From Acidobacteriota bacterium (GTDB lineage Bacteria > Acidobacteriota > Vicinamibacteria > Vicinamibacterales > 2-12-FULL-66-21), in the NCBI GenBank assembly GCA_046734955.1, contig JBKPSH010000074.1, positions 8,698 to 72,697 of the forward strand: a stretch of DNA of 64,000 nucleotides, written 5' to 3'. Within the stretch, counting starts at the first letter, position 1. Every line of letters begins with the position of its first letter. Made by a program: the position numbers and the translations under genes. Shown one piece after another: positions 47,842 through 56,252 of this stretch. The notes below the pieces were generated by a model. That model was not told where the DNA came from and did not search any database. It was given only the letters and a program-made list of their open reading frames with translations.

Positions 47842-48578
47842 GCGACAGCAAATCCGGCCGGCACCACGTCGACGTCCGGGTCGCGACCTACAACATTCAT
47901 CGCTGCCGCGGGATGGATCGGCGGACGTTGCCGCTGCGCGTCGCCGAAGTGATCAGGGAAATGAATGCCGATGTCGTGGCGCTGCAGGAAGTCGTCGGTG
48001 CCGGACCGAACGGCGCCGGACAAGCGGAGGAGATTGGCGCCGCCGTCGGTATGGGCTGGGTGATGGCGTCAGTGCGGCATCTGCGAAGTCATCTGTTCGG
48101 CAACGTCGTCCTCAGCCGCTTTCCGATCGTGCATCACAGTCAGTACGATCTGTCCTGGCGCACCTGCGAGCCGCGCGCGTGCCAGCGCGCCGACCTGGAC
48201 CTCGATGGACATCCACTGCATATCTATAACGTGCACCTCGGGACTGCGGTGCTCGAGCGGCGATATCAGGCGACACGTCTTGCCGGATTCGTCCACGACA
48301 AGCGAATCGAAGGCACCAAGATCATCCTTGGTGACTTCAATGAATGGCTGCGCGGACTCGCGACCAGCACGCTCAGTTCGCTATTCCAGAGCATCGATAT
48401 CTACGAACACCTGAAGCGGCGCCGCACCTACCCGGGCATCTTTCCTGTCTTGCACCTCGATCACATTTATTACGAAGGGCACGTCGAAATCCGCGGCCTC
48501 GAGCTCATTCGCTCGCGCAAAGCGCTGATGGCGTCGGACCATCTCCCGCTCGTCGCCAACCTGCGCATCGGTCTGTAA
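47838..48578 (+). CDS. Endonuclease/exonuclease/phosphatase (EEP) family protein
   Basis: VATYNIHRCRG..., ADVVALQEV, C-terminal SDHLPLVANL. GTGA overlap (GTG 47838-40 / TGA 47839-41) with the PLD stop. Confidence 0.8.
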   Translation: MSDSKSGRHHVDVRVATYNIHRCRGMDRRTLPLRVAEVIREMNADVVALQEVVGAGPNGAGQAEEIGAAVGMGWVMASVRHLRSHLFGNVVLSRFPIVHHSQYDLSWRTCEPRACQRADLDLDGHPLHIYNVHLGTAVLERRYQATRLAGFVHDKRIEGTKIILGDFNEWLRGLATSTLSSLFQSIDIYEHLKRRRTYPGIFPVLHLDHIYYEGHVEIRGLELIRSRKALMASDHLPLVANLRIGL

Positions 48579-48664
48579 AGAGGCTGTCCGCTTCACTTAC
48601 TGCTCGCGGAGTCCCACCCTCGCCTTTTCCCCTTTCGTGGAACACGCACGGCACCCCGTCCGTA

Positions 48665-48702
48665 TTGACACATAGATACCAAAGTGATATCACTTTGGTA
48701 TC
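48665..48702 (+). promoter_or_regulatory. Candidate promoter (TTGACA-17-TATCAC) overlapped by a perfect 28-bp palindromic operator
   Basis: ttgaca at 48665-70 and tatcac at 48688-93. Palindrome gataccaaagtgat|atcactttggtatc at 48675-48702. AT-rich island upstream of the SPFH-RHH pair. Confidence 0.5.
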
Positions 48703-48711
48703 TCACAGCGG

Positions 48712-48853
48712 GGTCCGTGTTAATCCGTGTTTTTCCGTGGCCCGTGAGTCCGTGTTCTTCCGTGGCCCGTGTTAGTCCGTGTTCTTCCGTGGCCCGGGTT
48801 TTTCCGTGGCCCGTGTGAGTCCGTGTTCTTCCGTGGCCCGTGTTAGTCCGTGG
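48712..48853. repeat. CCGTG-TTCTT-CCGTGG-type tandem array in the SPFH leader; its first 29 nt are the left inverted repeat
   Basis: Begins ggtccgtgttaatccgtgtttttccgtgg (48712-40), followed by about 6 more degenerate units up to the RBS (ggagg at 48860-64). Confidence 0.85.
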
Positions 48854-48873
48854 CGGCGAGGAGGTCGCACACC

Positions 48874-49743
48874 ATGATTCGCGAACGCGAAAACCCGGCG
48901 ATTCCGGGACTGCCTGTCCTCATCGGCGGCATTGCGCTCATCTTCGGCAGCATGTATCAGATCATTCAAGGCGCGCGCGAGCCGTCCGCCGTGATGATCA
49001 TCGGGTGGACGCTCGTGCTGATCGGATCGTTCCTGTTGCTCGCGGGCCTCTTCGTCGTCAATCCGAACGAAGGCAAGGTGCTCCAGTTTTTCGGCAACTA
49101 CGTGGGCACGGTGAAGCGGCCAGGACTCAGGTGGGCCAACCCGCTGTATACGAAGAAGCGAATCTCGCAGCGCATTCGCAACTTCGAGAGCGCGCGTCTG
49201 AAGGTCAACGACAACGAGGGCAATCCGATCGAGATCGCCGCGGTCGTCGTGTGGCGCGTCGTCGACACGGCCGAAGCGGTCTTCGAGGTCGACGACTACA
49301 ACAATTACGTCAAGGTGCAGACGGAGGCGGCGCTGCGCAACCTGGCGACCAGCTACACCTACGACGCGCACGACGATGCGCAGATCTCGTTACGCGGACA
49401 CACAACGGCCGTTGCCGAGCACCTCAAGAAAGAGATCCAGGAGCGGCTCGCACGCGCCGGCGTCGAAGTGATGGAAGCGCGAATCAGCCACCTCGCTTAC
49501 GCGCCGGAAATCGCGCACGCGATGCTGCAGCGTCAACAGGCAGGAGCGATCATCGCCGCACGGCAGCGAATTGTCGAAGGCGCGGTCGGGATGGTCGAAA
49601 TGGCGCTCGACATGCTGTCGCGGCGCGACATCGTCACGCTCGATAACGAGCGGAAGGCGGCGATGGTCAGCAATCTGCTGGTCGTGCTGTGCGGCGACAA
49701 ATCGACGCAGCCGATCGTCAACACCGGCACGATCTATCAGTAA
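48874..49743 (+). CDS. SPFH/Band-7 domain membrane protein
   Basis: ORF track 48850..49743. ATG 48874 follows ggagg. Two N-terminal TM helices, then the SPFH core ([28 protein letters not shown]...[13 protein letters not shown]). Confidence 0.85.
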   Translation: MIRERENPAIPGLPVLIGGIALIFGSMYQIIQGAREPSAVMIIGWTLVLIGSFLLLAGLFVVNPNEGKVLQFFGNYVGTVKRPGLRWANPLYTKKRISQRIRNFESARLKVNDNEGNPIEIAAVVVWRVVDTAEAVFEVDDYNNYVKVQTEAALRNLATSYTYDAHDDAQISLRGHTTAVAEHLKKEIQERLARAGVEVMEARISHLAYAPEIAHAMLQRQQAGAIIAARQRIVEGAVGMVEMALDMLSRRDIVTLDNERKAAMVSNLLVVLCGDKSTQPIVNTGTIYQ

Positions 49744-49748
49744 ACGCC

Positions 49749-49961
49749 GTGGCCGAGCGGAAACCGTTCCTGCTGCGAATCGATCGCGAGATTCTCGACG
49801 CCGTTCAGCGCTGGGCAGACGATGATCTGCGCAGCCTGAACGGCCAGATCGAGTTTCTCCTGCGCCGGGCGCTGAAGGAAGGTGGACGCGAACTGAAAGA
49901 CGCGAGCCACGGAAGAACACGGATCAACACGGACCAGAGGGAGAAGAAGGAGAAAAGCTAG
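49749..49961 (+). CDS. Small ribbon-helix-helix (Arc/MetJ-like) DNA-binding protein
   Basis: ORF track 49689..49961. GTG 49749 lies 5 nt after the SPFH stop. Beta-strand PFLLRIDREI followed by two helices, LDAVQRWADDD and LNGQIEFLLRRAL. Confidence 0.6.
   Translation: MAERKPFLLRIDREILDAVQRWADDDLRSLNGQIEFLLRRALKEGGRELKDASHGRTRINTDQREKKEKS
49907..49935. repeat. Right inverted repeat of the SPFH-RHH cassette (inside the 3' end of the RHH ORF)
   Basis: The reverse complement of ccacggaagaacacggatcaacacggacc is ggtccgtgttgatccgtgttcttccgtgg, matching 48712-48740 at 27 of 29 positions. Confidence 0.85.
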
Positions 49962-50179
49962 GACTCTTCGTATTCGGTTTCTTCCGGCGGCAGCAGGCGC
50001 GTCGATGGACGCAGCGCCTCGCGATGGTCGAACAGCGGAAGATCGCGCACGTGCTGCGTGAGCGGGCAGCCCGGTCCTTTCTGCTCGAGGACGACGGTTA
50101 CAGGACTGCCTTCGACGCCTTCACGAAATCCGATGCGGCAGCCGCACGCGAGCCGTGCGTGCGTGAACCCTTTCAACAT
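49958..50179 (-). CDS. Hypothetical small Cys-containing protein (last gene of an ECF/TlpA operon)
   Basis: 73-aa ORF with strong GC3 bias. Contains CGC and GC motifs. Its stop overlaps the RHH stop on the other strand (CTAG). Confidence 0.45.
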   Translation of the reverse strand: MLKGFTHARLACGCRIGFREGVEGSPVTVVLEQKGPGCPLTQHVRDLPLFDHREALRPSTRLLPPEETEYEES

Positions 50180-50194
50180 CCTGTAGCGATCATA

Positions 50195-50743
50195 CTACAG
50201 GAGCGCCTTGATCTCCTGATCGATCCGCTCCTTGGTCACCGGCCCGAAGTGGCGTCGGCTGATCGTGCCGTCGCGACCGATAAAGAACGTGATGGGTACT
50301 CCCACAATCGGTCCATATGCATCGTCGAACTTGTCGTCCCAGAGCAGGAGCGGATAGTTCATGTTCTTCTTCGGTGCGTACGCGCGGAGCGTTTCGGCGG
50401 GATCGTCGAGCGAGAGACCGAGCACGACGACGCCGTCATCTTTGTACTTCGAGTACGCCTCGACCAGCTCCGGAATTTCAAGCTCGCAGGGGCCGCACCA
50501 GGTCGCCCAGACATTGAGCAGGATCACTTTGCCCTTGTAATCGGCAAGGCGAACGTCGGCGCCGTTCATGTCCTTGAAGACGAGATCAAGGTTCGCTTTG
50601 CCTTCGGACTTCTTCGTCGTGTCAGCCTTGGCCGCGTTCTTCGCTTTCCAGTCGAGCTCCGCCGTGTGCAGGATTAAGGGCACCACCAGCAGCGCGAGCG
50701 CGCTGGCAGCAGCGATTGCAGCGATCCATCGACTCTTCATCAC
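50195..50743 (-). CDS. TlpA-like thiol:disulfide oxidoreductase (thioredoxin fold, membrane-anchored)
   Basis: N-terminal anchor plus the active site WATWCGPCELEIPEL. Confidence 0.85.
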   Translation of the reverse strand: MMKSRWIAAIAAASALALLVVPLILHTAELDWKAKNAAKADTTKKSEGKANLDLVFKDMNGADVRLADYKGKVILLNVWATWCGPCELEIPELVEAYSKYKDDGVVVLGLSLDDPAETLRAYAPKKNMNYPLLLWDDKFDDAYGPIVGVPITFFIGRDGTISRRHFGPVTKERIDQEIKALL

Positions 50744-50770
50744 GTAATCCTTGTCGTTCCCAGTTTCCAG

Positions 50771-51541
50771 TCAGTGCGCCGTTTGCCTTACATATCCGAT
50801 GACCGGCGCGAGTTCGTTCGGGCGTGCACGCGCGAGCAGCACGTAGGTCCGATCTTTCCCTGACCAGATCACTGCCTCGTGACCAAACTTCTCCACGAAC
50901 TCCTGTCGCTCGGGCACGCCGTTGATGGCGCGCGGCACGACGAACATCGACAGCGGATGTCCGTGCCACATGTACATCACGTGGGCGACGCGCCCACTGC
51001 TCATTGCGCATCGCCGAACGCCGAGCAACTCGAGTCCCGCGCTCGGAGAGCTGTCGGGAACCTCAATCGCCCATCCTTGCTTCTCGGCCCATTGGTGCGC
51101 CGCGGTCGCGGCGTCGATGTGCTTGAGCCGCTCCGGCGCGAACTGAAAGCACTTGACGTGATCGAGCGTCAACTGCGCGGCGATCGCCTCGACCTTGTCG
51201 TTGACGCCGATGATGAATACCGCGGCAACCGCGATGATCAGGGTTGCGGCGAGTGACAGCGGAATCCATGGCCGCTCGGCGAGACGCGCCGCGACCGACC
51301 GCCGGCGCGGAGCGCTCCCGGCTTGAGCGGCGCATCGCGCGCGCAGCTCATTCGGCGCGTTCGCGCGAAGTGAAGGACGGCAAGCCGCCACAGCCGCGCG
51401 GACCGTCCGCTGCTCAGCAACGTTTTCGCGGCATGGCGGGCATCGATCCAGGTGTGACTCGACGGCTGCGCGATCGACAGGCGCTCCTTCGCCGTCAGCG
51501 TACGGCGCGAACAACGGATCCAGGTCACGGCACTTGCTCAT
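50771..51541 (-). CDS. Anti-sigma factor with zf-HC2 (ZAS) motif, single TM and periplasmic domain
   Basis: HLDRCPPC (H-x3-C-x2-C). TM segment WIPLSLAATLIIAVAAVFII. Lies immediately downstream of the sigma gene. Confidence 0.75.
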   Translation of the reverse strand: MSKCRDLDPLFAPYADGEGAPVDRAAVESHLDRCPPCRENVAEQRTVRAAVAACRPSLRANAPNELRARCAAQAGSAPRRRSVAARLAERPWIPLSLAATLIIAVAAVFIIGVNDKVEAIAAQLTLDHVKCFQFAPERLKHIDAATAAHQWAEKQGWAIEVPDSSPSAGLELLGVRRCAMSSGRVAHVMYMWHGHPLSMFVVPRAINGVPERQEFVEKFGHEAVIWSGKDRTYVLLARARPNELAPVIGYVRQTAH

Positions 51542-51547
51542 CGCACC

Positions 51548-52234
51548 TCACACCACATCAGCCTTCTGCTTTCCATCAGTGGCTCGTTTCACTGTTTCCG
51601 GTCCGGACTCCCGCAAGCGTCCGGCCTGAAGCCGTTCATACAACGCGCGGCGGCCTCGAGAGATCCGCGACATTACGGTGCCGATCGGTACGGCAAGAAC
51701 TTGCGCAATCTCCGCGTAACTGAGCTCCTCCACGTCCCGCAGCCACACCGCCTGGCGGAATGCGTCAGGAAGTGCGTCGAGCGCCGCCTGAAGGTCGGCG
51801 TCCAGCGTCGCGCGCGTCAGCAGCTCCTCGGGCGAATGCTCGTTCGCGGCATACGCGGGAGCCTGATCCACATACTCGCTGTCGACGTCGACCGGGTTCC
51901 GTCCGTCGTGCCGGAGCATATTCCGGAACGTATTGTGAAGGATCGTGAACAGCCACGCCTTCAGGTTCGTCCCGCGCTGAAACTGCGAGGCAGAACGGAA
52001 CGCCTTCAGGTACGTGTCCTGGACCAGATCCTCCGCGTCCGGCGGCCGGCGCGTCAACCGCAGCGCGGTGCCGTACAGGCTGTCGACATATCCGAGCGCT
52101 TCCTGGACGAACGCCTCGTCGGTAGCTGGAGCTGACCGCCCATGGTCGTCCGCAGGCGAAGACTCGCCGGCAGGCGGATCGGACGAGGTCGCTCGGCGGC
52201 GAAACACCATGGCGTCGAATTTCAGGCCGCCCAA
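51548..52234 (-). CDS. ECF-type RNA polymerase sigma-70 family factor
   Basis: Region 2 (DAEDLVQDTYLKAFRS...KAWLFTILHNTFRNMLR) and region 4 (LSYAEIAQVLAVPIGTVMSRISRGRRAL). The N-terminal extension makes the start uncertain. Confidence 0.85.
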   Translation of the reverse strand: MGGLKFDAMVFRRRATSSDPPAGESSPADDHGRSAPATDEAFVQEALGYVDSLYGTALRLTRRPPDAEDLVQDTYLKAFRSASQFQRGTNLKAWLFTILHNTFRNMLRHDGRNPVDVDSEYVDQAPAYAANEHSPEELLTRATLDADLQAALDALPDAFRQAVWLRDVEELSYAEIAQVLAVPIGTVMSRISRGRRALYERLQAGRLRESGPETVKRATDGKQKADVV

Positions 52235-52307
52235 TTAAGGGAAACACCGACGGGACGACCGTTTATTCCTTGTATTGTAAGTTCTTTCGGTCGTCGTCCG
52301 GCCTCAG

Positions 52308-52357
52308 CCGAAGGGCCCTTCGGCCTTCGGCGCCTTCCCTTTTCCCTTTTGCCTTTT
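52308..52357. repeat. 16-bp palindrome CCGAAGGGCCCTTCGG followed by a (CCTTTTS)n tract
   Basis: ccgaagggcccttcgg at 52308-23, then ccttcccttttcccttttgcctttt at 52333-57. Inside a 417-bp divergent intergenic region. Confidence 0.75.
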
Positions 52358-52651
52358 CGATGTCCGTCGACGGGGACGGCGCGATACCGGAGGATGACAG
52401 CGCGCCACAGTGGTTCGTGGTGTGATTGCGCGGTTTACTCGAATTCGCCACGCAGCACAGCAGGTACATGGCTTGCTTCGGGCCCCCTGGCGATCGTTTC
52501 GCTTCGTTGCCGGCACCCGATTCCGGGGACGCGAACGTTGCGACAACCGTCTCAGCTACAGTAACATCGGCGACGAGCAGCTGACGATCTACGTCGCCGC
52601 GTTCGCAGGAGCGGACTGGCAGTCTGTCTCGCTGTGCTTCCGAGGTGAAAT

Positions 52652-55600
52652 ATGCGTACGCGTCCGCCGCGCGGCTCTGTCGCGCCGATGGCCCTCACAC
52701 TCCTCGTCTTCGTCTTCCTGTTGGGCGGCCCTGTCGGGGAGGCCTTTGGCCAGACGCCGTACATCCCGTATTTCGGCAAGAACCGAATCCGCTACAACGA
52801 CTTCAAGTGGAACATCTACAAGACCGATCACTTCGAGATCTATTACTACCCGGAGATCGAGAAGCAGCTTGAACGGGTCACGTCGTACGCGGAAAGCGCC
52901 TATCAGCAGGTCAGCTCCGATCTCAAACACGATCTCGCATTCAAAGTTCCGCTCGTCCTCTACAAGACGGAAAGTGAATTCCAGCAACAGAACATCGAGC
53001 CTGGCGAACTGCCGGAAGGCGTGCTCGCGTTCGCCGAACCGTATCGCGACCGCATGGTGCTGCCGATTGACGAGCCGTCGGACGCGCTCTATCGCTTGAT
53101 CACGCACGAACTCACGCACATCTTCGAATTCGACATCATCCCGCGCTCGCTCCTCCACCGGCAGCTACCGTTGTGGGTGGATGAAGGCCTCTCCGACTAC
53201 ATGACCGGCTACTGGCAGCCGTTCGATCTGATGACCGTGCGCGACGCGGCGATTGCCGACATCATCCCGTCGATGAGCGATTTCGAAGGCGTGCAGTTCG
53301 CCGACGGCCGTCTCCCCTACAACCTCGGACACGCGGCGTTCGAGTTCATCGAATCGCGCTGGGGCAAGGAAGGGTTGCGGCAGTTCCTGTTCGCGCTGCG
53401 CAAAGCCGTCATCGGCGGCGGCGAGAGCGCTTATGAAGAAGCGTTCCGCCTGAAGCCGGAAGAGTTCGACGAGCAGTTCGACAAGTACTTGAAGGATCGC
53501 TTCAAGCCGTTCCGCGACAAGGAACGGCCGCAGGATTACGGACGGGATCTCGCTCCGAAACGGGGCAAGACGCAGTACACGGTGGTGGTGTCGATTGAAC
53601 CATCGCCGTCAGGCGATCTGATGGCGGTCGCGGCGGGCAACCGCAAGGATCAGGAACTGGACATCGTGCTGATGTCGACCAAGGACGGCAAGATTGTCGG
53701 CAACCTGACCAGCGGGTTCAACCAGAACCACGGCTACGAGTACATCGCGACGCCGGGCGGATTCCGGAATAATGCCGTCTCGTGGATGTCGTGGGCACCA
53801 GCCGGCGACCGCATCGCGTACTTCGCGCGAACCGAGAAGAACAAGACGCTCATCCTGCAGAATGTGGTGACGAAGAAGATTGAGACGCGCATCGAGCTGA
53901 AAACCGTCGACGGTCCCGAGTCGCCGGACTTCAGCCCGGACGGACGAGAGGTCGCGTTTGCCGCGATGCGCGGAGCCGTCGCCGACATCTTCGTCATCAA
54001 TCTCGAGACAAAAGAAATCCGCAACATCACCAACGATGCGTTCGGCGATTACGCGCCGACTTTCGCGCCCGACGGCAAGTCGATCATTTATCTCGCGCGC
54101 GTCAGTGGAAATGACAAGCTGTTTCGAGTCGATCTCGACACCGGCAAAAAGACCCAGGTCACCTTCGGCACCCACGACGACGGCGGCGTGCAGTTTATCG
54201 ACAACGACACGATCGTGTTTCCGTCGACCGCGACCGATCCCAATCAGCCGATCGAGCCAGAAGTGGCGCGCAACGGGAACATCTACAACATCTGGACGCT
54301 CAAGTTTGACAAGGACGGCAAGCCGGGCGAGCTCAAGCAGTATACGGATACGTTGACCGGGAACGTCTCGCCGATCGTGCTGCGCGATCAGAAGCCGGCG
54401 AAGATCGCCTTTGTGACGTACTACAAAGGCGAGTACGGCATCCACACGCTGCCGAGAGATGAGGCGCTGCACACGGTGGCGAACTCCGAGTTCGGGTCCG
54501 CGGAAGCCGGTGAGCCAATGGACTTCATCCCGCCGCAGACGCACACGCTCGTGCCGTCGAACATCCACAAGAAGGGCACGTTCGAAAAGCTGTTCCTCGA
54601 GGGACGGCCGCCGGTGGCGCTTGGCGTGACGAGCGGCGGCGACGTCTTCGGCGGCACCGAGGTGACGTTCAGCGACGTGCTCGGCGACAAGCAGTTCAGC
54701 ATGTTCGCGTCGTCGGTCTCGCAGTACCGGACGTTGAACTTCTCCTACGTCAACCTGTCACGACGGCTGCAGTACGCGGTGCAGGCGTATTCGCAGCAGC
54801 AGTTCTATTACGGCTACGATCCCGGATTGCTCTACGGATCGGAGTATGCGTTCGTGAGCCGCGATCAAGCCATCGCAACGCAGACCGCCCGGGGCGCCAC
54901 GATCTTCGGCATCTATCCGTTCAACCGCTACAACCGCGTCGAGCTCTCCGCCGGCGTCTACAACTACGAGCAGGGCTATAACGATCCGAACCTTCAGGCC
55001 GTGGCGGATCAATACCAGCAGGATCAGTACGGGCGTCTGTTGTTCAGCTCGGGTAGCTTCATGCCGTTGGGGGTTGCCCTCACACGTGAAACCACTGTGT
55101 TCCGTGAGTATGGCCCGCTTGCCGGCAGCACGATGCGCCTCGGTTACGAGTACGCACCGTCGGTCGGCAGCTTCCTGTCGCGACAGACCGCCGACGTCGA
55201 TGCGCGCTACTACCTGCGACTCGCGACCAACGGCGTCCTGGCATTCCGCGCGCGCGGGTTCAAGAGCTGGGGTGAGTTCCCCGGCTACATGTACTTCGGC
55301 GGCAACTCCGAGCTGCGCGGCTACGACTACCTCGAGTTCCTTGGGAACAAGGCGTTCTTCCTCAATACCGAACTGCGGTTCCCGCTGATCGAAGCGGCGC
55401 TGACGCCGCTCGGTGTCATTGGCGGACTTCGCGGGATCGCGTACGCGGGCCTCGGCGCGGCGGGTTACGAAGGCATCCCGATGAACGTCTGGACGCACGA
55501 TCCGATCACGGTCACCCCGCTGCTCGGCTTCCGTCCGAACTACGAGACGTTCACCTACGATCCGATATATGGCCAGCCGCAGCAGATCAACGGCTTTAAG

Positions 55601-55807
55601 CTGGTAGACGGCCGCGCGTCATACGGGCTCGGACTTGAAACGTTCGCCCTTGGCTTCCCCATCCACTTCGACTGGTCATGGCGAACCCTGATGAACAAGG
55701 ACTACGAAGATTACGTGTTTGCGTATCAGGGAATCCAGGAAGGCGAGTCGGGCAGCAAGTGGTTCAGGAAGCCCCGATTCACGGTGTGGATTGGATACGA
55801 CTTTTAA
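52652..55807 (+). CDS. Large outer-membrane protein: N-terminal HExxH peptidase-like domain, PD40/TolB-type beta-propeller repeats, C-terminal Omp85-like beta-barrel
   Basis: Signal peptide. ITHELTHIFEF (HExxH). PD40-type repeats (DFSPDGREVAFAA, APTFAPDGKSIIYLAR). The C-terminal about 400 aa show an alternating beta pattern ending ...RFTVWIGYDF. Confidence 0.7.
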   Translation: MRTRPPRGSVAPMALTLLVFVFLLGGPVGEAFGQTPYIPYFGKNRIRYNDFKWNIYKTDHFEIYYYPEIEKQLERVTSYAESAYQQVSSDLKHDLAFKVPLVLYKTESEFQQQNIEPGELPEGVLAFAEPYRDRMVLPIDEPSDALYRLITHELTHIFEFDIIPRSLLHRQLPLWVDEGLSDYMTGYWQPFDLMTVRDAAIADIIPSMSDFEGVQFADGRLPYNLGHAAFEFIESRWGKEGLRQFLFALRKAVIGGGESAYEEAFRLKPEEFDEQFDKYLKDRFKPFRDKERPQDYGRDLAPKRGKTQYTVVVSIEPSPSGDLMAVAAGNRKDQELDIVLMSTKDGKIVGNLTSGFNQNHGYEYIATPGGFRNNAVSWMSWAPAGDRIAYFARTEKNKTLILQNVVTKKIETRIELKTVDGPESPDFSPDGREVAFAAMRGAVADIFVINLETKEIRNITNDAFGDYAPTFAPDGKSIIYLARVSGNDKLFRVDLDTGKKTQVTFGTHDDGGVQFIDNDTIVFPSTATDPNQPIEPEVARNGNIYNIWTLKFDKDGKPGELKQYTDTLTGNVSPIVLRDQKPAKIAFVTYYKGEYGIHTLPRDEALHTVANSEFGSAEAGEPMDFIPPQTHTLVPSNIHKKGTFEKLFLEGRPPVALGVTSGGDVFGGTEVTFSDVLGDKQFSMFASSVSQYRTLNFSYVNLSRRLQYAVQAYSQQQFYYGYDPGLLYGSEYAFVSRDQAIATQTARGATIFGIYPFNRYNRVELSAGVYNYEQGYNDPNLQAVADQYQQDQYGRLLFSSGSFMPLGVALTRETTVFREYGPLAGSTMRLGYEYAPSVGSFLSRQTADVDARYYLRLATNGVLAFRARGFKSWGEFPGYMYFGGNSELRGYDYLEFLGNKAFFLNTELRFPLIEAALTPLGVIGGLRGIAYAGLGAAGYEGIPMNVWTHDPITVTPLLGFRPNYETFTYDPIYGQPQQINGFKLVDGRASYGLGLETFALGFPIHFDWSWRTLMNKDYEDYVFAYQGIQEGESGSKWFRKPRFTVWIGYDF

Positions 55808-55827
55808 GCTGATCTGCGGTGACGTAT

Positions 55828-55856
55828 AAGGGCCAGAGTTGAACACTCTGGCCCTT
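55828..55856 (+). terminator. Stem-loop after the large OM protein gene
   Basis: aagggccagag-ttgaaca-ctctggccctt: 11-bp stem with a 7-nt loop, 20 nt after the stop. Only a weak T-tract follows. Confidence 0.5.
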
Positions 55857-55869
55857 CGAATGTACGCTG

Positions 55870-56124
55870 GTGTTACTGGCCGTGCCTGAGAAACGCCGCT
55901 GCAACGATCTCGTCGGGCTTCTCGCGGATTTCGTCGAGCATCATCTGCCGCCTCAGGTACACGCCGATCTCGAGCGCCACCTCGCCGCGTGTCCCCGCTG
56001 CGTTGCTCAGTTGAAAACCTACAAGTCGACGGTCTCGCTGCTCCGTTCCATCAAGGAAGACGACTTACCGCCAGAGCTTCGATGCACGCTCAAGGCATTT
56101 GTGGACCGGAATTGTAAAAACTGA
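55870..56124 (+). CDS. Small zf-HC2 (ZAS-type) putative anti-sigma factor, no adjacent sigma gene
   Basis: 84 aa containing HLAACPRC (H-x3-C-x2-C). Alternative (GTG) start. Confidence 0.55.
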   Translation: MLLAVPEKRRCNDLVGLLADFVEHHLPPQVHADLERHLAACPRCVAQLKTYKSTVSLLRSIKEDDLPPELRCTLKAFVDRNCKN

Positions 56125-56206
56125 AATTGCTGAATGTTGATTGCTGAGTGCTGATTGAACGCGACCCGTCAATCAGCACTCAGAATTCAGCAATCAGCAT
56201 TTTCAG
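56125..56206. repeat. Inverted repeat of TGCTGAK heptamers (hairpin, terminator candidate)
   Basis: Perfect 15-bp stem ctgagtgctgattga (56144-58) / tcaatcagcactcag (56169-83) with a 10-nt loop, flanked by further imperfect heptamer pairing. Starts 1 nt after stop 56124. Confidence 0.75.
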
Positions 56207-56252
56207 CCGCGGGCTTTTGCCGAATTGACCCGTTGACATACAGTACGTCGCG

